Below, one piece after another: positions 28,173 to 38,093 of a DNA stretch of 64,000 nt. The notes beneath the pieces were generated by a model that worked only from the letters and a program-made list of their open reading frames with translations, was not told where the DNA came from and made no database searches. The position numbers and the translations under genes were made by a program. This stretch comes from Trueperaceae bacterium. Lineage in GTDB: Bacteria > Deinococcota > Deinococci > Deinococcales > Trueperaceae. Position 1 is the stretch's first letter, and every line of letters begins with the position of its first letter. The stretch covers positions 2,304,001 through 2,368,000 of the forward strand of contig OZ243927.1 in NCBI GenBank assembly GCA_965213925.1, written 5' to 3'.

Positions 28173-29633
28173 ATGATCCAAAACACCATTCAGGAACCGA
28201 AAGTCCAGACTCAACCTGCGCCGCTCTGTGTGGACTTAGACGGCACACTCGTCCGTACGGACATGCTCTTAGAGGCGCTTCTGCTGCTGCTCAAGAGAAA
28301 TCCACTCTACCTCTTTATGCTGCCCGTATGGTTGCGGCGCGGCAAGGCGCATCTCAAGCAGGAGATCACCAAGCGCGTCGAGATCGACGCGGCGAGTTTA
28401 CCCTACAACGAGCCGCTCATCGCCTATCTGCAGGAGGAGCGAGCGAGAGGGCGCACGCTCGTTCTGGCGACGGCGGCGGATCAGAAGGTAGCGGCGCAGA
28501 TTGCCGAACACGTCGGGCTTTTCGGCGAGGTCGTGGCAAGTGCTGGCGGCGTGAACCGCTCAGGTGGGGGCAAGTTGGCGCTTCTTAGAGAGAAATACGG
28601 CACCTTCGCCTATGCGGGCAACGCCGAGGTGGACTTGGCGGTGTGGCGCGGTGCGGCGGAGGGGATCGTCGTCAGTCCTGAGCGCTCGCTCGCTGACAAA
28701 GCTCGAGAGGTCACCCAAGTCAGCCGCGTCTTCGCGGAGCCCCAAAAACCCACCTGGCAGCTTGTCGTCAAGGCGGCGCGGCTCCACCAGTGGGCTAAAA
28801 ACGTGCTGCTCTTCGTGCCGCTCGTGACCGCGCACCAGATTTTTAACGTACAACTCCTTGGACAAGCCGCGCTCGCCTTCGTCGCCTTCGGGCTCTGCGC
28901 CTCGTCGGTCTACCTGACGAACGACATGCTCGACTTAGCAGCGGACCGTCGGCACCACCGCAAGCGCTTTCGACCCTTCGCGTCGGGTGCGTTGCCGCTC
29001 GAGTTAGGTTTTGTGCTCACGCCGCTCTTTCTGCTCGCAGGCTTGACGCTCGCACTCTTCTTGCCCCCGACCTTCCTCCTTCTTTTGGTCGGCTACCTCA
29101 TCCTCACCGTGTCGTACTCGTTTTACGTCAAGCAGGTCGCGCTGTTAGACGTCATCTTGCTCGCGGGGCTCTACACGGTGCGCATCGTGGGCGGCGCGGC
29201 GGCGACGGGGATCACCGTGTCACCCTGGCTCTTAGCCTTTTCGATGTTCTTCTTTTTGAGCCTCGCGTTTGTAAAGCGCTTTTCGGAACTCAGGGTGCTC
29301 CACGCGCAAGGCGATAACGAAGCGCGGGCACGTGGCTATATGGTGGGCGATTTGGAACAGTTGGCGAGTTTAGGCGCGGCGAGCGGCTACATCTCGGTCT
29401 TGGTTATGGCGCTCTACATCAGCAGCGACGCTGTCATGATGATCTACAGTGTGCCCGGCGCGCTATGGCTCATCTGTCCTCTAATGCTCTACTGGATAAG
29501 CCGCGTCTGGCTCTTGGCGCGGCGCGGCGAGATGCACGACGACCCGGTGGTCTTTGCGCTCAAAGACCGCGTGAGCTACGCTGTAGGGATAAGCGCGGCG
29601 CTCGTGGCAGTTGCAGCGAGTTGGAACTTCTAA
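28173..29633 (+). CDS. HAD-UbiA fusion, polyprenyl-phosphate phosphoribosyltransferase-like
   Basis: N-terminal DLDGTL; HQWAKN, NDMLDLAADRRH..KRFRPFASG and HDDPVVFA motifs. Confidence 0.88.
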   Translation: MIQNTIQEPKVQTQPAPLCVDLDGTLVRTDMLLEALLLLLKRNPLYLFMLPVWLRRGKAHLKQEITKRVEIDAASLPYNEPLIAYLQEERARGRTLVLATAADQKVAAQIAEHVGLFGEVVASAGGVNRSGGGKLALLREKYGTFAYAGNAEVDLAVWRGAAEGIVVSPERSLADKAREVTQVSRVFAEPQKPTWQLVVKAARLHQWAKNVLLFVPLVTAHQIFNVQLLGQAALAFVAFGLCASSVYLTNDMLDLAADRRHHRKRFRPFASGALPLELGFVLTPLFLLAGLTLALFLPPTFLLLLVGYLILTVSYSFYVKQVALLDVILLAGLYTVRIVGGAAATGITVSPWLLAFSMFFFLSLAFVKRFSELRVLHAQGDNEARARGYMVGDLEQLASLGAASGYISVLVMALYISSDAVMMIYSVPGALWLICPLMLYWISRVWLLARRGEMHDDPVVFALKDRVSYAVGISAALVAVAASWNF

Positions 29634-29752
29634 GTATGCCAAACTCTTTTGAACTTCTGGGAAGCTTTTAGCCGTTAGCTTAAACACTTTCGCTGATGGC
29701 TAAGAGCTAACCGCCTCTTAATAGATAGATCAAGCCCTCAATCCTCATCTAA

Positions 29753-29925
29753 TAGCAGGTATTATCTGGTCAGCAACGCTCTCACTAGAGAGACCGTCGT
29801 TTCGCGATGCGAAAACTGTGTAATTAGTACGCACTTTAAGTGATGTTCCGTTACAGCAAAGCTGTGAAATCTGCGGAGAAGCGTTGCTTCGCATAGTTGC
29901 ACTTAAGCAACCATAAGTGGAACTG
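29753..29925 (+). repeat. Degenerate MITE, copy 5, carrying nested small hairpin repeats
   Basis: TAGCAGGTATTATCTGG and TAGTACGCACTTTAAGTGATG match the MITE; GTTTCGCGATGCGAAAAC resembles 8228-8246; TTGCTTCGCA matches the reverse complement of 51304-51313. Confidence 0.6.
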
Positions 29926-29957
29926 CTACAAAATGAAAACAACGGTGGAGACATCTA

Positions 29958-31274
29958 ATGGCTTATAAATCCTGGGGCAACTACCCCAAAACGGACGAAA
30001 ATATTCAGCAGATGAACTGGCGGAGTGAAGAACTCACGGTAGGGGAGACCTCGGTGCTCCCGTACGGATACGGCAGAAGCTACGGCGATAGCTGCTTGAA
30101 CGACGGCGGCGTGTTGCTCGACACGACGAAGCTAGACCGCTTCATCTCCTTCGACGCCGAAACGGGCGTCTTGCGCGCCGAAGCGGGCGTGAGCTTAGAG
30201 CAGATTTTGAAGTTCGCCGTGCCTAAGGGTTGGTTTTTGCCCGTGAGCCCCGGCACGAAATACGTCTCCCTTGCGGGCGCAATCGCCAATGATATTCACG
30301 GCAAGAACCACCACCGCGCGGGGACGTTCGGAAGGCACGCGACGCGCTTTGAACTCCTGCGCTCGGATGGGCAGCGCCTGGTCTGTTCGGAAGACGAAAA
30401 CGCCGAGCTGTTTCGCGCTACGATCGGCGGGCTCGGCTTGACCGGGCTCATCTTATGGGCGGAGATAGCGCTCAAAAGGGTCAAGAACGCCTTTTTCGAC
30501 GTGGAGACGGTGAAGTTCGCGAACTTAGAGGAGTTCTTTGAGCGCTCCGCCGAATCGGATGAAGCGTTCGACTACACGGTGGCGTGGGTGGACTGTTTGG
30601 CGCAGGGCAACAGCTTGGGGCGTGGACTATTGATGCGCGGCAACCACGCGGAGGTCGGCGAGTTGACAGTGGAAAGCAAGCAGCTCTTTAGCGTGCCGGT
30701 CAACGCGCCGAACGTGCTCCTCAACAACCTGACGATGAAGACCTTTAACGTGCTCTACTACCACAAACAGCGGCAGAAAGTAGTGCGCTCGCGGCAGCAC
30801 TACGAGCCCTTCTTCTACCCGCTCGACAGCATCGGCAACTGGAACCGCATCTACGGCGAGCGCGGCTTTTTGCAGTATCAGTTCGTGTTGCCCTTCGACG
30901 GGGACACGCGCGTCATCCGCAGGATTTTCGAAGACATCGCCGCCTCGGGCATGGGGTCGTTTTTAGCGGTTTTGAAGATGTTCGGCTCGCTGCCCTCACC
31001 TGGTATGATGTCCTTTCCGCGTCAAGGGGTGACGTTGGCGCTCGACTTCCCCTATCAGGAGAAGACGTTGGGGCTCCTCAATCAACTCGATGAGGTCATC
31101 GCGGATAGTGGCGGGCGCGTCTACCCGGCGAAAGACGCGCGGATGTCGCCTGAGAGCTTCCGGCGCTTCTACCCGCAGTGGCAAGAGTTCTCTCAGTATG
31201 TGGACCCGCAGTTTTCCTCGAGCTTCTGGCGGCGCGTCACGCAAGAGGTTAAACAAGAGGTCAGGTCCTTATGA
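29958..31274 (+). CDS. FAD-dependent oxidoreductase, DprE1-like
   Basis: GRSYGD, PGTKYV, ANDIHGKNHH, FFYPLD, GFLQYQ and GRVYPAKD motifs. Confidence 0.88.
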   Translation: MAYKSWGNYPKTDENIQQMNWRSEELTVGETSVLPYGYGRSYGDSCLNDGGVLLDTTKLDRFISFDAETGVLRAEAGVSLEQILKFAVPKGWFLPVSPGTKYVSLAGAIANDIHGKNHHRAGTFGRHATRFELLRSDGQRLVCSEDENAELFRATIGGLGLTGLILWAEIALKRVKNAFFDVETVKFANLEEFFERSAESDEAFDYTVAWVDCLAQGNSLGRGLLMRGNHAEVGELTVESKQLFSVPVNAPNVLLNNLTMKTFNVLYYHKQRQKVVRSRQHYEPFFYPLDSIGNWNRIYGERGFLQYQFVLPFDGDTRVIRRIFEDIAASGMGSFLAVLKMFGSLPSPGMMSFPRQGVTLALDFPYQEKTLGLLNQLDEVIADSGGRVYPAKDARMSPESFRRFYPQWQEFSQYVDPQFSSSFWRRVTQEVKQEVRSL

Positions 31275-32008
31275 GGCGCATCCTAATCGTCGGCGCGACC
31301 TCCGCGATTGCGCAAGAGGTCTCTAAGCGCTTCGCGTCGGCAGGAGACAGCCTCTTCTTAGTCGCGCGTGATGGGCGCAAATTGGACTCCGTCGCCCAGG
31401 ATTTGCGCGTGCGCGGTGCGAGGAAGGTCGCGTGCGCTGCACTGGACGTGAACGACTTCGAGAAACACGAACCTCTTATTCAGGAGGCGAACGAGGCGCT
31501 GGACGGTCTGGACGGCGTCCTCATCGCGCACGGCACGCTCCCCGACCAGAAGGCGTGCGAGGCGGACTACAAAGTAGCCGAGCGAGAACTCAACACCAAC
31601 TTCCTCAGCGTCGTCTCGCTCCTGACGCCTATCGCCAACCGGTTCGAAGCGCAGCGCGGCGGCTTTATCGCGGTGATTTCGTCCGTGGCGGGCGACAGAG
31701 GGCGGCAGAGTAACTATCTTTACGGAACGGCGAAGGGCGCGACCAGCCTCTTTTTACAAGGGCTCCGCAACCGCCTCCATCCGGCGGGCGTCTCGGTTAT
31801 CACCATTAAACCGGGCTTCGTGGATACGCCGATGACCAAAGATATCGGCAAAAACGCCCTCTTCGCGCAGCCGGAGCAGGTAGCCGCGGGGATCGTCAAA
31901 GCGGTGGAGCAAAAACGAGAGGTCGTCTACTTGCCCTCTTTCTGGCGGATGGTCATGCTGCTCATTCGCGCCGTGCCCGAGCCGCTCTTCAAGCGGCTCA
32001 AGCTCTAA
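31271..32008 (+). CDS. SDR oxidoreductase, DprE2-like
   Basis: GATSAIA, SSVAGDRGRQSNYLYGTAK and KPGFVDTPMT motifs. Confidence 0.88.
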   Translation: MRRILIVGATSAIAQEVSKRFASAGDSLFLVARDGRKLDSVAQDLRVRGARKVACAALDVNDFEKHEPLIQEANEALDGLDGVLIAHGTLPDQKACEADYKVAERELNTNFLSVVSLLTPIANRFEAQRGGFIAVISSVAGDRGRQSNYLYGTAKGATSLFLQGLRNRLHPAGVSVITIKPGFVDTPMTKDIGKNALFAQPEQVAAGIVKAVEQKREVVYLPSFWRMVMLLIRAVPEPLFKRLKL

Positions 32009-32011
32009 GGG

Positions 32012-32956
32012 ATGGAAGGCAAGGTCAAACCCCTCATCTACACGGCGCTCCTGGCGGTGTTGGCGTACGTAGGTTTCGCCATTTGGAACGGCTGGGACGA
32101 GACCGTCGCGGCGATTTCGAAACTCGGCGTCGGCGGCATCGTCGCCATTCTGGGCTTGTCGCTCGTGAACTACGCGCTGCGCTTTGTGCGCTGGCAACTC
32201 TATTTGTCACGCTTAGGGTACGAGGTGCCGCACTTCGCGTCGTTTCGCTACTACCTCGCGGGCTTCGCCTTCACGACGACGCCAGGCAAAGCGGGCGAGG
32301 CGGTGCGCTCGGTGTACCTCAAGCGTCACGCCGTCCCCTACGCGCAGAGTTTGTCCGCGCTCTTCGTCGAGCGGCTTTCGGACCTCGCCGCCATCATTCT
32401 TCTGTCCTCGCTCGGCGTGTGGTTTTTCGGCAAGTACTTCGTCTTCATCGTGCTGAGCGTCGCAGCGGTAGCGCTGCTCATCCTCGTGCTGCAGAGCCAA
32501 AAGGCGAGAGTCTTTCTCCGCGACAGCGTTGTCCAACGCTTGCCTGATAAGCTGGCGCGACCCGCGGGGCACGCGCTGGACCTGATGGAGGCAGCACAAA
32601 GCCTCCTCACGCCGCGCTACCTCTGGGGCGGCTTAGGGCTCAGTTTGCTCGCGTGGGGCGCGGAAGGGGTGGCGTTCTACCTCATCCTGGCGTGGATGGG
32701 TCTGCCTGCTACCTTCGTCGCGGGCGTCGGCATCTACTCGCTCGGCGTGACGGTGGGGGCGTTGTCCTTTTTGCCGGGCGGCTTGGGCAGCACCGAAGCG
32801 GTCATGGTGCTCCTGCTGCTAGCGCTAGACATCGGGCAAGCGGACGCCGGAGCTGCCGTGATTTTGTGCCGCCTGGCGACGCTCTGGTTCGCAGTTCTCA
32901 TCGGGGCGGGGGTACTTTTGGGGCTCGAGCAGCCCAAGCAGGTGTCGCAAGCATAA
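32012..32956 (+). CDS. Lysylphosphatidylglycerol-synthase TM-domain (flippase-like) protein
   Basis: LRFVRW, TPGKAGEAVR, ERLSD and PGGLGSTEA motifs. Confidence 0.85.
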   Translation: MEGKVKPLIYTALLAVLAYVGFAIWNGWDETVAAISKLGVGGIVAILGLSLVNYALRFVRWQLYLSRLGYEVPHFASFRYYLAGFAFTTTPGKAGEAVRSVYLKRHAVPYAQSLSALFVERLSDLAAIILLSSLGVWFFGKYFVFIVLSVAAVALLILVLQSQKARVFLRDSVVQRLPDKLARPAGHALDLMEAAQSLLTPRYLWGGLGLSLLAWGAEGVAFYLILAWMGLPATFVAGVGIYSLGVTVGALSFLPGGLGSTEAVMVLLLLALDIGQADAGAAVILCRLATLWFAVLIGAGVLLGLEQPKQVSQA

Positions 32957-32978
32957 CGTTTGGGGTAAGTCCGGGGGG

Positions 32979-35021
32979 ATGACGATGGTTTTATGGGGGC
33001 TGGTTTTACGGGGGCTGGGGCGCGCTAAACTGCGCTACTTTATCTACGTTTTAGCGGCGGGCTTCTCCGCCAGTTTTGCGGTGTGGTCGGTTCTGCACGC
33101 GCCGCAGCTCGCTCCTTTCGTTCTGAAGAATCAGCTTCCTTCAGGTGAGCGCGATGAACTTCTCCTTTATATAGGCGTCGGCGTAGTCGCCGCTTACGCT
33201 CTCTGGCTCGTTGCACCGCTCGTGCTTACAAGGGCGAAGGATGAAGTTGAGCACGTACTCGCACACGTTGCCGCTCAGCTTTCACTGCTCATCCCCACCA
33301 TTTTTCTACCTGCGCTTCTCCTGCCTAACTTTGGAAATGGGTACCGCTTTCTGACCTTTTTCTTGACCCTGTGCGCGAGCGGGCTTCTCTACGGGGCGGT
33401 TAGAGAGGTTCAGGGTACGAAACGCGCATTAGCCGGGGCTCGAGTTAGTGGACTCGAGGACGCGGGCAGAAACATGGATGAAGTTAAAGGCGGGGGTGAA
33501 GTTAAAGGCGAGGATGAAATTAAGGTTGGCGGCGAACCTACTAGACGGCGCTGGCGCGGAGTCGCCCTCATCTCCCTTCTGAGCCTTGGGTACGGCATGT
33601 ACTTCAGCGTCTTTACGGTCTCCAACCATAACGCCTTTCACACCCACGCCTTCGACTTGGGCATCTTCGACCAGGTGATGTACCACACCGTGCAGAGTGG
33701 CAAGATGCTCTTCACCGTCGTCCACGACCCGCCCGAGAGCTTCTGGAGCGTCCACTTCTCGCCCGCGCTCTACTTGCTCACGCCCTTCTACGCGCTCTAC
33801 CAGGACGCCCGCACGCTTCTCGTCCTGCAGAGTTTCTTGCTGGGCGCGGGCGCGGTCGTCCTCTACGCGCTCACGCTTCACCTCACTGGGCGCGCGCTGC
33901 TCGCGGGGGCGCTTAGCGTGAGCTACCTGCTCTCCGCTGCCCTGCACGGCGTCAATACCTTCCACTTTCACGAGGTGGCGCTCGCGCCGCTCTTCCTCCT
34001 GCTGACGCTCTATTGTCTCGAGACGGAGCGCCTGCCCCTCTTCTGGCTCTTCTTAGCGCTCTCGCTGCTCATCAAAGAGGATATCCCCTTGACGGGTGCA
34101 GCCCTCGGGCTCTATCTCCTCGCTAGAGGGCGCTACAAGCTGGGGCTCGCCGTGACGGTGACCTGCACAGTAGCCTTCTTCGCCATCGTGGAGGTGCTTA
34201 TCCCCCACTTCGGCAGCGGCAACTACAACCTCATAGCGGGGCGTTTTGGGGAGGTCGTGGCTCCCGGCTCGGAGGGCATCATAGGCGTGGTCAAAACGGG
34301 GCTGACCAACCCGCTCTATGTGCTCATTTATATCTTGAGCAATCCCCACAAGCTCGCGTACCTCGGCTACCTCTTCGTCCCCGTGCTCTTTTTGCCCCTC
34401 CTCGCGGGGCGGGCGTGGCTCGCTATCCTGCCCGCGCTCGCGACCGCGCTGCTCTCCTCGTTTCGGGGTCAGTTCGACATCGGCAACCAGTATTCCGCCG
34501 TAGTCATCCCGCTCGTGTTCTTTCTAGCGGCCAAAGGGATGAGCAAGGTGCCGCGCGCGCATCACGTGGGGCTCGCAGTGGCGCTCTTAGCCTCGAGCTT
34601 CCTCATGAACTACACCTACGGCAGACTGCCCCCCGCCGAGCTTTTCTCCACCGGTCGCCGTTCGGTCGTCCACGAGCCGACGCCCTTTCAGGGGAGAATT
34701 GATGAGATGTTAGCGCTTATTCCCCCCGACGTGAGCGCCGCCGCGACGGGCACCTTCGTGCCGCACCTTTCGACCAGGGACACCGTCAAGATGCTGCCGG
34801 GCGCGGGCGAGGCGGAGGTGGTGCTGATGGACCTGCGTCCGGGGGCGAACTACTGGCCTAGCTCGAGGGAAGCGGCGCTGGGCGCGCTTACTAAACTGCT
34901 CGAGTCGGGCAATTATGGCGTGCGCGATTACGACGCGGCTTGCTGTATCTTGTTGGAACGTGGGCAAAAAGCGGCGGGCGACGCTACAGACCGTGCTAAG
35001 GTTTTAGAGGGGCTCCCCTAA
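32979..35021 (+). CDS. DUF2079 membrane protein (GT-C-like)
   Basis: FDLGIFDQ, HFSP, FHFHEV and KED motifs; many TM helices. Confidence 0.8.
   Translation: MTMVLWGLVLRGLGRAKLRYFIYVLAAGFSASFAVWSVLHAPQLAPFVLKNQLPSGERDELLLYIGVGVVAAYALWLVAPLVLTRAKDEVEHVLAHVAAQLSLLIPTIFLPALLLPNFGNGYRFLTFFLTLCASGLLYGAVREVQGTKRALAGARVSGLEDAGRNMDEVKGGGEVKGEDEIKVGGEPTRRRWRGVALISLLSLGYGMYFSVFTVSNHNAFHTHAFDLGIFDQVMYHTVQSGKMLFTVVHDPPESFWSVHFSPALYLLTPFYALYQDARTLLVLQSFLLGAGAVVLYALTLHLTGRALLAGALSVSYLLSAALHGVNTFHFHEVALAPLFLLLTLYCLETERLPLFWLFLALSLLIKEDIPLTGAALGLYLLARGRYKLGLAVTVTCTVAFFAIVEVLIPHFGSGNYNLIAGRFGEVVAPGSEGIIGVVKTGLTNPLYVLIYILSNPHKLAYLGYLFVPVLFLPLLAGRAWLAILPALATALLSSFRGQFDIGNQYSAVVIPLVFFLAAKGMSKVPRAHHVGLAVALLASSFLMNYTYGRLPPAELFSTGRRSVVHEPTPFQGRIDEMLALIPPDVSAAATGTFVPHLSTRDTVKMLPGAGEAEVVLMDLRPGANYWPSSREAALGALTKLLESGNYGVRDYDAACCILLERGQKAAGDATDRAKVLEGLP
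33477..33530 (+). repeat. In-frame 18-bp tandem repeat, three copies
   Basis: GATGAAGTTAAAGGCGGG / GGTGAAGTTAAAGGCGAG / GATGAAATTAAGGTTGGC. Confidence 0.75.
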
Positions 35022-35116
35022 AGCCCAATCGTGCAACGCTTTACAATGTTAGCCTCCGACAACGTTGCGCGTCACTCACACGCTTATATTTAGAGCTATG
35101 GTAGCCTGGAGCCGAA

Positions 35117-35785
35117 ATGACTGAGACGAGCAAGCACGCAGATGTAGACATAGGTTCGCCTTCCGTTACGGTCATCGACCATCCGCTGATTCAACACAAG
35201 CTTTCCCTGCTGCGAGACAAGACGACCAACGTGCGCGACTTTCGCGCGCTCTGCACCGAGATCAGTATGCTCATGGCGTTCGAGGCGATGCGCGAGCTGC
35301 CCTTAGAGACGGTCACAGTCGAAACGCCTGTCGCGCCCGCTGACGTGCGCAAGCTGAGCGGCAAGAAGCTCGCGCTGGTGTGCGTGCTGCGCGCCGGGTT
35401 GGTCATGGTCGATGGTATCTTGAACCTTGTGCCGAACGCGCGCGTCGGGCACATCGGTCTCTACCGCGATCCGGAGACCTTGGAGCCCGTGGAGTACTAC
35501 CAGAAGCTCCCCCCCGACATCGCCGAGCGCGACGTTTTTTTGCTCGACCCGATGTTGGCGACAGGCGGCAGCGCCGCCGCTTCGGTTCAAGTTCTCAAAG
35601 CGTCAGGAGCTAAGCATATCCGCTTACTCTGCATCATCGCTGCACCTGAAGGTATCCAGGCTGTGCACGACGACCATCCCGAGGTGGAAATCGTGCTCGC
35701 CGCGAAGGACGAAAAACTCAACGATCACGGCTACATCGTGCCGGGGCTGGGCGACGCGGGCGACCGTATTTATGGGACACGTTAG
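35117..35785 (+). CDS. upp: Uracil phosphoribosyltransferase
   Basis: DPMLATGGS and [16 protein letters not shown] motifs. Confidence 0.97.
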   Translation: MTETSKHADVDIGSPSVTVIDHPLIQHKLSLLRDKTTNVRDFRALCTEISMLMAFEAMRELPLETVTVETPVAPADVRKLSGKKLALVCVLRAGLVMVDGILNLVPNARVGHIGLYRDPETLEPVEYYQKLPPDIAERDVFLLDPMLATGGSAAASVQVLKASGAKHIRLLCIIAAPEGIQAVHDDHPEVEIVLAAKDEKLNDHGYIVPGLGDAGDRIYGTR

Positions 35786-35859
35786 GTGGTATACATGCTT
35801 TACACAACTTCATCACATATCCTCTCGCTTTGGTGTAGAATCTCTCTGGACGTGAAGCG

Positions 35860-36945
35860 ATGAACGACTACCTTCCACTCGTCAGCATCACCTTCGTTAT
35901 GGCGCTCGTCGCCGTAGCGATGTTCGTACCTAAAGTCCAAGACTTCGCGCATAAGATCGGCGCGTTGCAGCGTGGTGGTGGACGGCGTGTCCATATAGGC
36001 GCAATCCCGAACATCGGCGGCATCGCGATCTTCGGCGGTTTCTTGATCGCACTTTTAGTTGGCAGCGTGATTAAACCCGGACTGCTCGACGCCTACCGCG
36101 TCGAGCTTTTGGCGATTCTCTTGGGCGGCGCGCTCATGACATTAGTCGGGTTCATCGATGACATTTGGGAGGTACCGCCGACCATGCGCCTCGCCACGCA
36201 GTTTGTAGCCGCGGGAATTCTCGTCGTCAACGGGGTCACGATCGACTACCTCACGAACTACTTTAGCTACTTTAGCGGCACGCCCCTGCTGGTCTTCGGG
36301 CAGACGCTTTCGGTGCTCGTGACCCTCCTCTGGGTCGTGGGTTTCACGAACGCCTTTAACTTCATCGACGGGCTCGACGGGCTCTCGTCGGGCATCGCCG
36401 CGATCGCGAGCCTCTCTTTGCTGACCGTTGCGATGCAGTTGCCGGGGGCGGGCGCGGCCGTGCTGCTACTCGCCGCCTTAGCGGGCTCGTCGCTGGGCTT
36501 TTTGCGGCACAACTTCAACCCCGCGAAAATTTACATGGGCGACTCGGGCGCGTACATGCTCGGTTACATCCTCGCTGCGACGAGCGTGCTCGGCACGCTT
36601 AAATTCACCGCGACGCTGACCGTCGTCGCGCCTATTTTGATTTTAGGCGTGCCCGTATTCAACATCGCCCAGGTAACGGTGCGGCGGCTCTCGAGGGGAA
36701 AAAGCCCCGCCCTAGCCGATAACGACCACCTGCACGACATCATCCGTTTGCAAAGTGGTTCAAAGCGTTTTACTGTGTTAGTACTATGGTTCACGACGCT
36801 CCTACTCGGCACCTGCGGCATGATGCTCTCACGCACGCCGCCCGAATTCATCTACCTCACGGTCATTGGCACGGTTGTGCTCATCGCGGGCGTCTGCTGG
36901 TTGCGACTGCGCGAAGTGTCTCGAGAGACGACCGCCACGGATTAG
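35860..36945 (+). CDS. WecA/TagO (MraY-family) undecaprenyl-phosphate HexNAc-1-phosphate transferase
   Basis: GFIDD, NAFNFIDGLDGL and NFNPAKIYMGDSG motifs. Confidence 0.9.
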   Translation: MNDYLPLVSITFVMALVAVAMFVPKVQDFAHKIGALQRGGGRRVHIGAIPNIGGIAIFGGFLIALLVGSVIKPGLLDAYRVELLAILLGGALMTLVGFIDDIWEVPPTMRLATQFVAAGILVVNGVTIDYLTNYFSYFSGTPLLVFGQTLSVLVTLLWVVGFTNAFNFIDGLDGLSSGIAAIASLSLLTVAMQLPGAGAAVLLLAALAGSSLGFLRHNFNPAKIYMGDSGAYMLGYILAATSVLGTLKFTATLTVVAPILILGVPVFNIAQVTVRRLSRGKSPALADNDHLHDIIRLQSGSKRFTVLVLWFTTLLLGTCGMMLSRTPPEFIYLTVIGTVVLIAGVCWLRLREVSRETTATD

Positions 36946-36952
36946 GGGGAGG

Positions 36953-38068
36953 ATGACCAAGCGCGTCTGCGTGGCTCTAGGCACACGCCCTGAAGCTTCG
37001 AAGATGGCCCCCGTCATCTACGCCTTACGCGAACAAGCGAACGTCACGCCGCTCCTGCTCGTCACGGGTCAGCAGCGTGAACAGCTCGAGCAGATGCTCA
37101 CGATTTTTGGTCTCATACCTGACGCCAATCTGAACGTGATGCGCGCTTCGCAGACCTTGGCCGACCTGATGGGGCGCATCGTCCCTGCCGCAGCCCAGGC
37201 GCTGCGCGAGCTGGCGGCGGATTACGTCTTGGTTCACGGGGACACCTTGACGACCTTCGCTGTATCTCTAGCTGCGTTCTTCGAAGGGATTCCCGTTGCC
37301 CACGTCGAGGCGGGGCTGCGCTCTTTTGACCTCACGCAGCCCTTTCCCGAAGAGGCGAACCGCCGCCTCACGAGCGTGCTGACCGACATGGATTTGCCGC
37401 CGACGCCCTGGGCGAGGCAGAACCTTACAGCCGAAGGCAAGGGGGACCCGATGGTCGTGACCGGCAACACGGCGGTCGACGCCGTGAAACACCTAGAGGC
37501 GAGAGCCGAGCTGCCCCCTCATCTGCCGAGCGACAAACTCGTCTACCTGACGATGCACCGCCGCGAGAATCTGCCCGTCATGCGCGGTCTCGCCGAGGCA
37601 ATCGCAGAGGTCGCCCTGGCTTTCCCCGACTACACCTTCGCCTATCCTGTGCACCTCAACCCTGCTGTGCGTAGAGCGATCTGCCCCGCCATGCAACCTG
37701 TTCCCAATATCGTCCTGGACGAACCTTACGACTTTCTGACCTCGCTCGCAGCTCAGAAACACGCGGCGCTTGTCATCACCGATTCGGGCGGCATCCAAGA
37801 GGAGGGCACGGCGCTCGGGGTGCCCGTGGTCGTGTTGCGCAACGTGACCGAGCGTCCCGAAGGGATCGAGGTGGGCGCGCTTAAACTCGCCGGGAACGAC
37901 CCTGCGAACGTGAAAGCGATTTTGATGGACCTGCTCGGGAACGAAGCGGCGCGCGCCGCCATGCGCCGAAAAGACAACCCTTACGGAGATGGTCAGGCGG
38001 GCAAACGCATCGCTCAGGCGACCGCGTGGCGCTTGGGGTTGGCTGAACGCCCTCGAGATTGGCGCTAG
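36953..38068 (+). CDS. wecB: UDP-GlcNAc 2-epimerase (non-hydrolysing)
   Basis: GTRPEA, HVEAGLRS, PFPEE and TDSGGIQEE motifs; GGAGG RBS before ATG 36953. Confidence 0.95.
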   Translation: MTKRVCVALGTRPEASKMAPVIYALREQANVTPLLLVTGQQREQLEQMLTIFGLIPDANLNVMRASQTLADLMGRIVPAAAQALRELAADYVLVHGDTLTTFAVSLAAFFEGIPVAHVEAGLRSFDLTQPFPEEANRRLTSVLTDMDLPPTPWARQNLTAEGKGDPMVVTGNTAVDAVKHLEARAELPPHLPSDKLVYLTMHRRENLPVMRGLAEAIAEVALAFPDYTFAYPVHLNPAVRRAICPAMQPVPNIVLDEPYDFLTSLAAQKHAALVITDSGGIQEEGTALGVPVVVLRNVTERPEGIEVGALKLAGNDPANVKAILMDLLGNEAARAAMRRKDNPYGDGQAGKRIAQATAWRLGLAERPRDWR

Positions 38069-38093
38069 CCTGAATGCTAGAAAGATAGGAACG

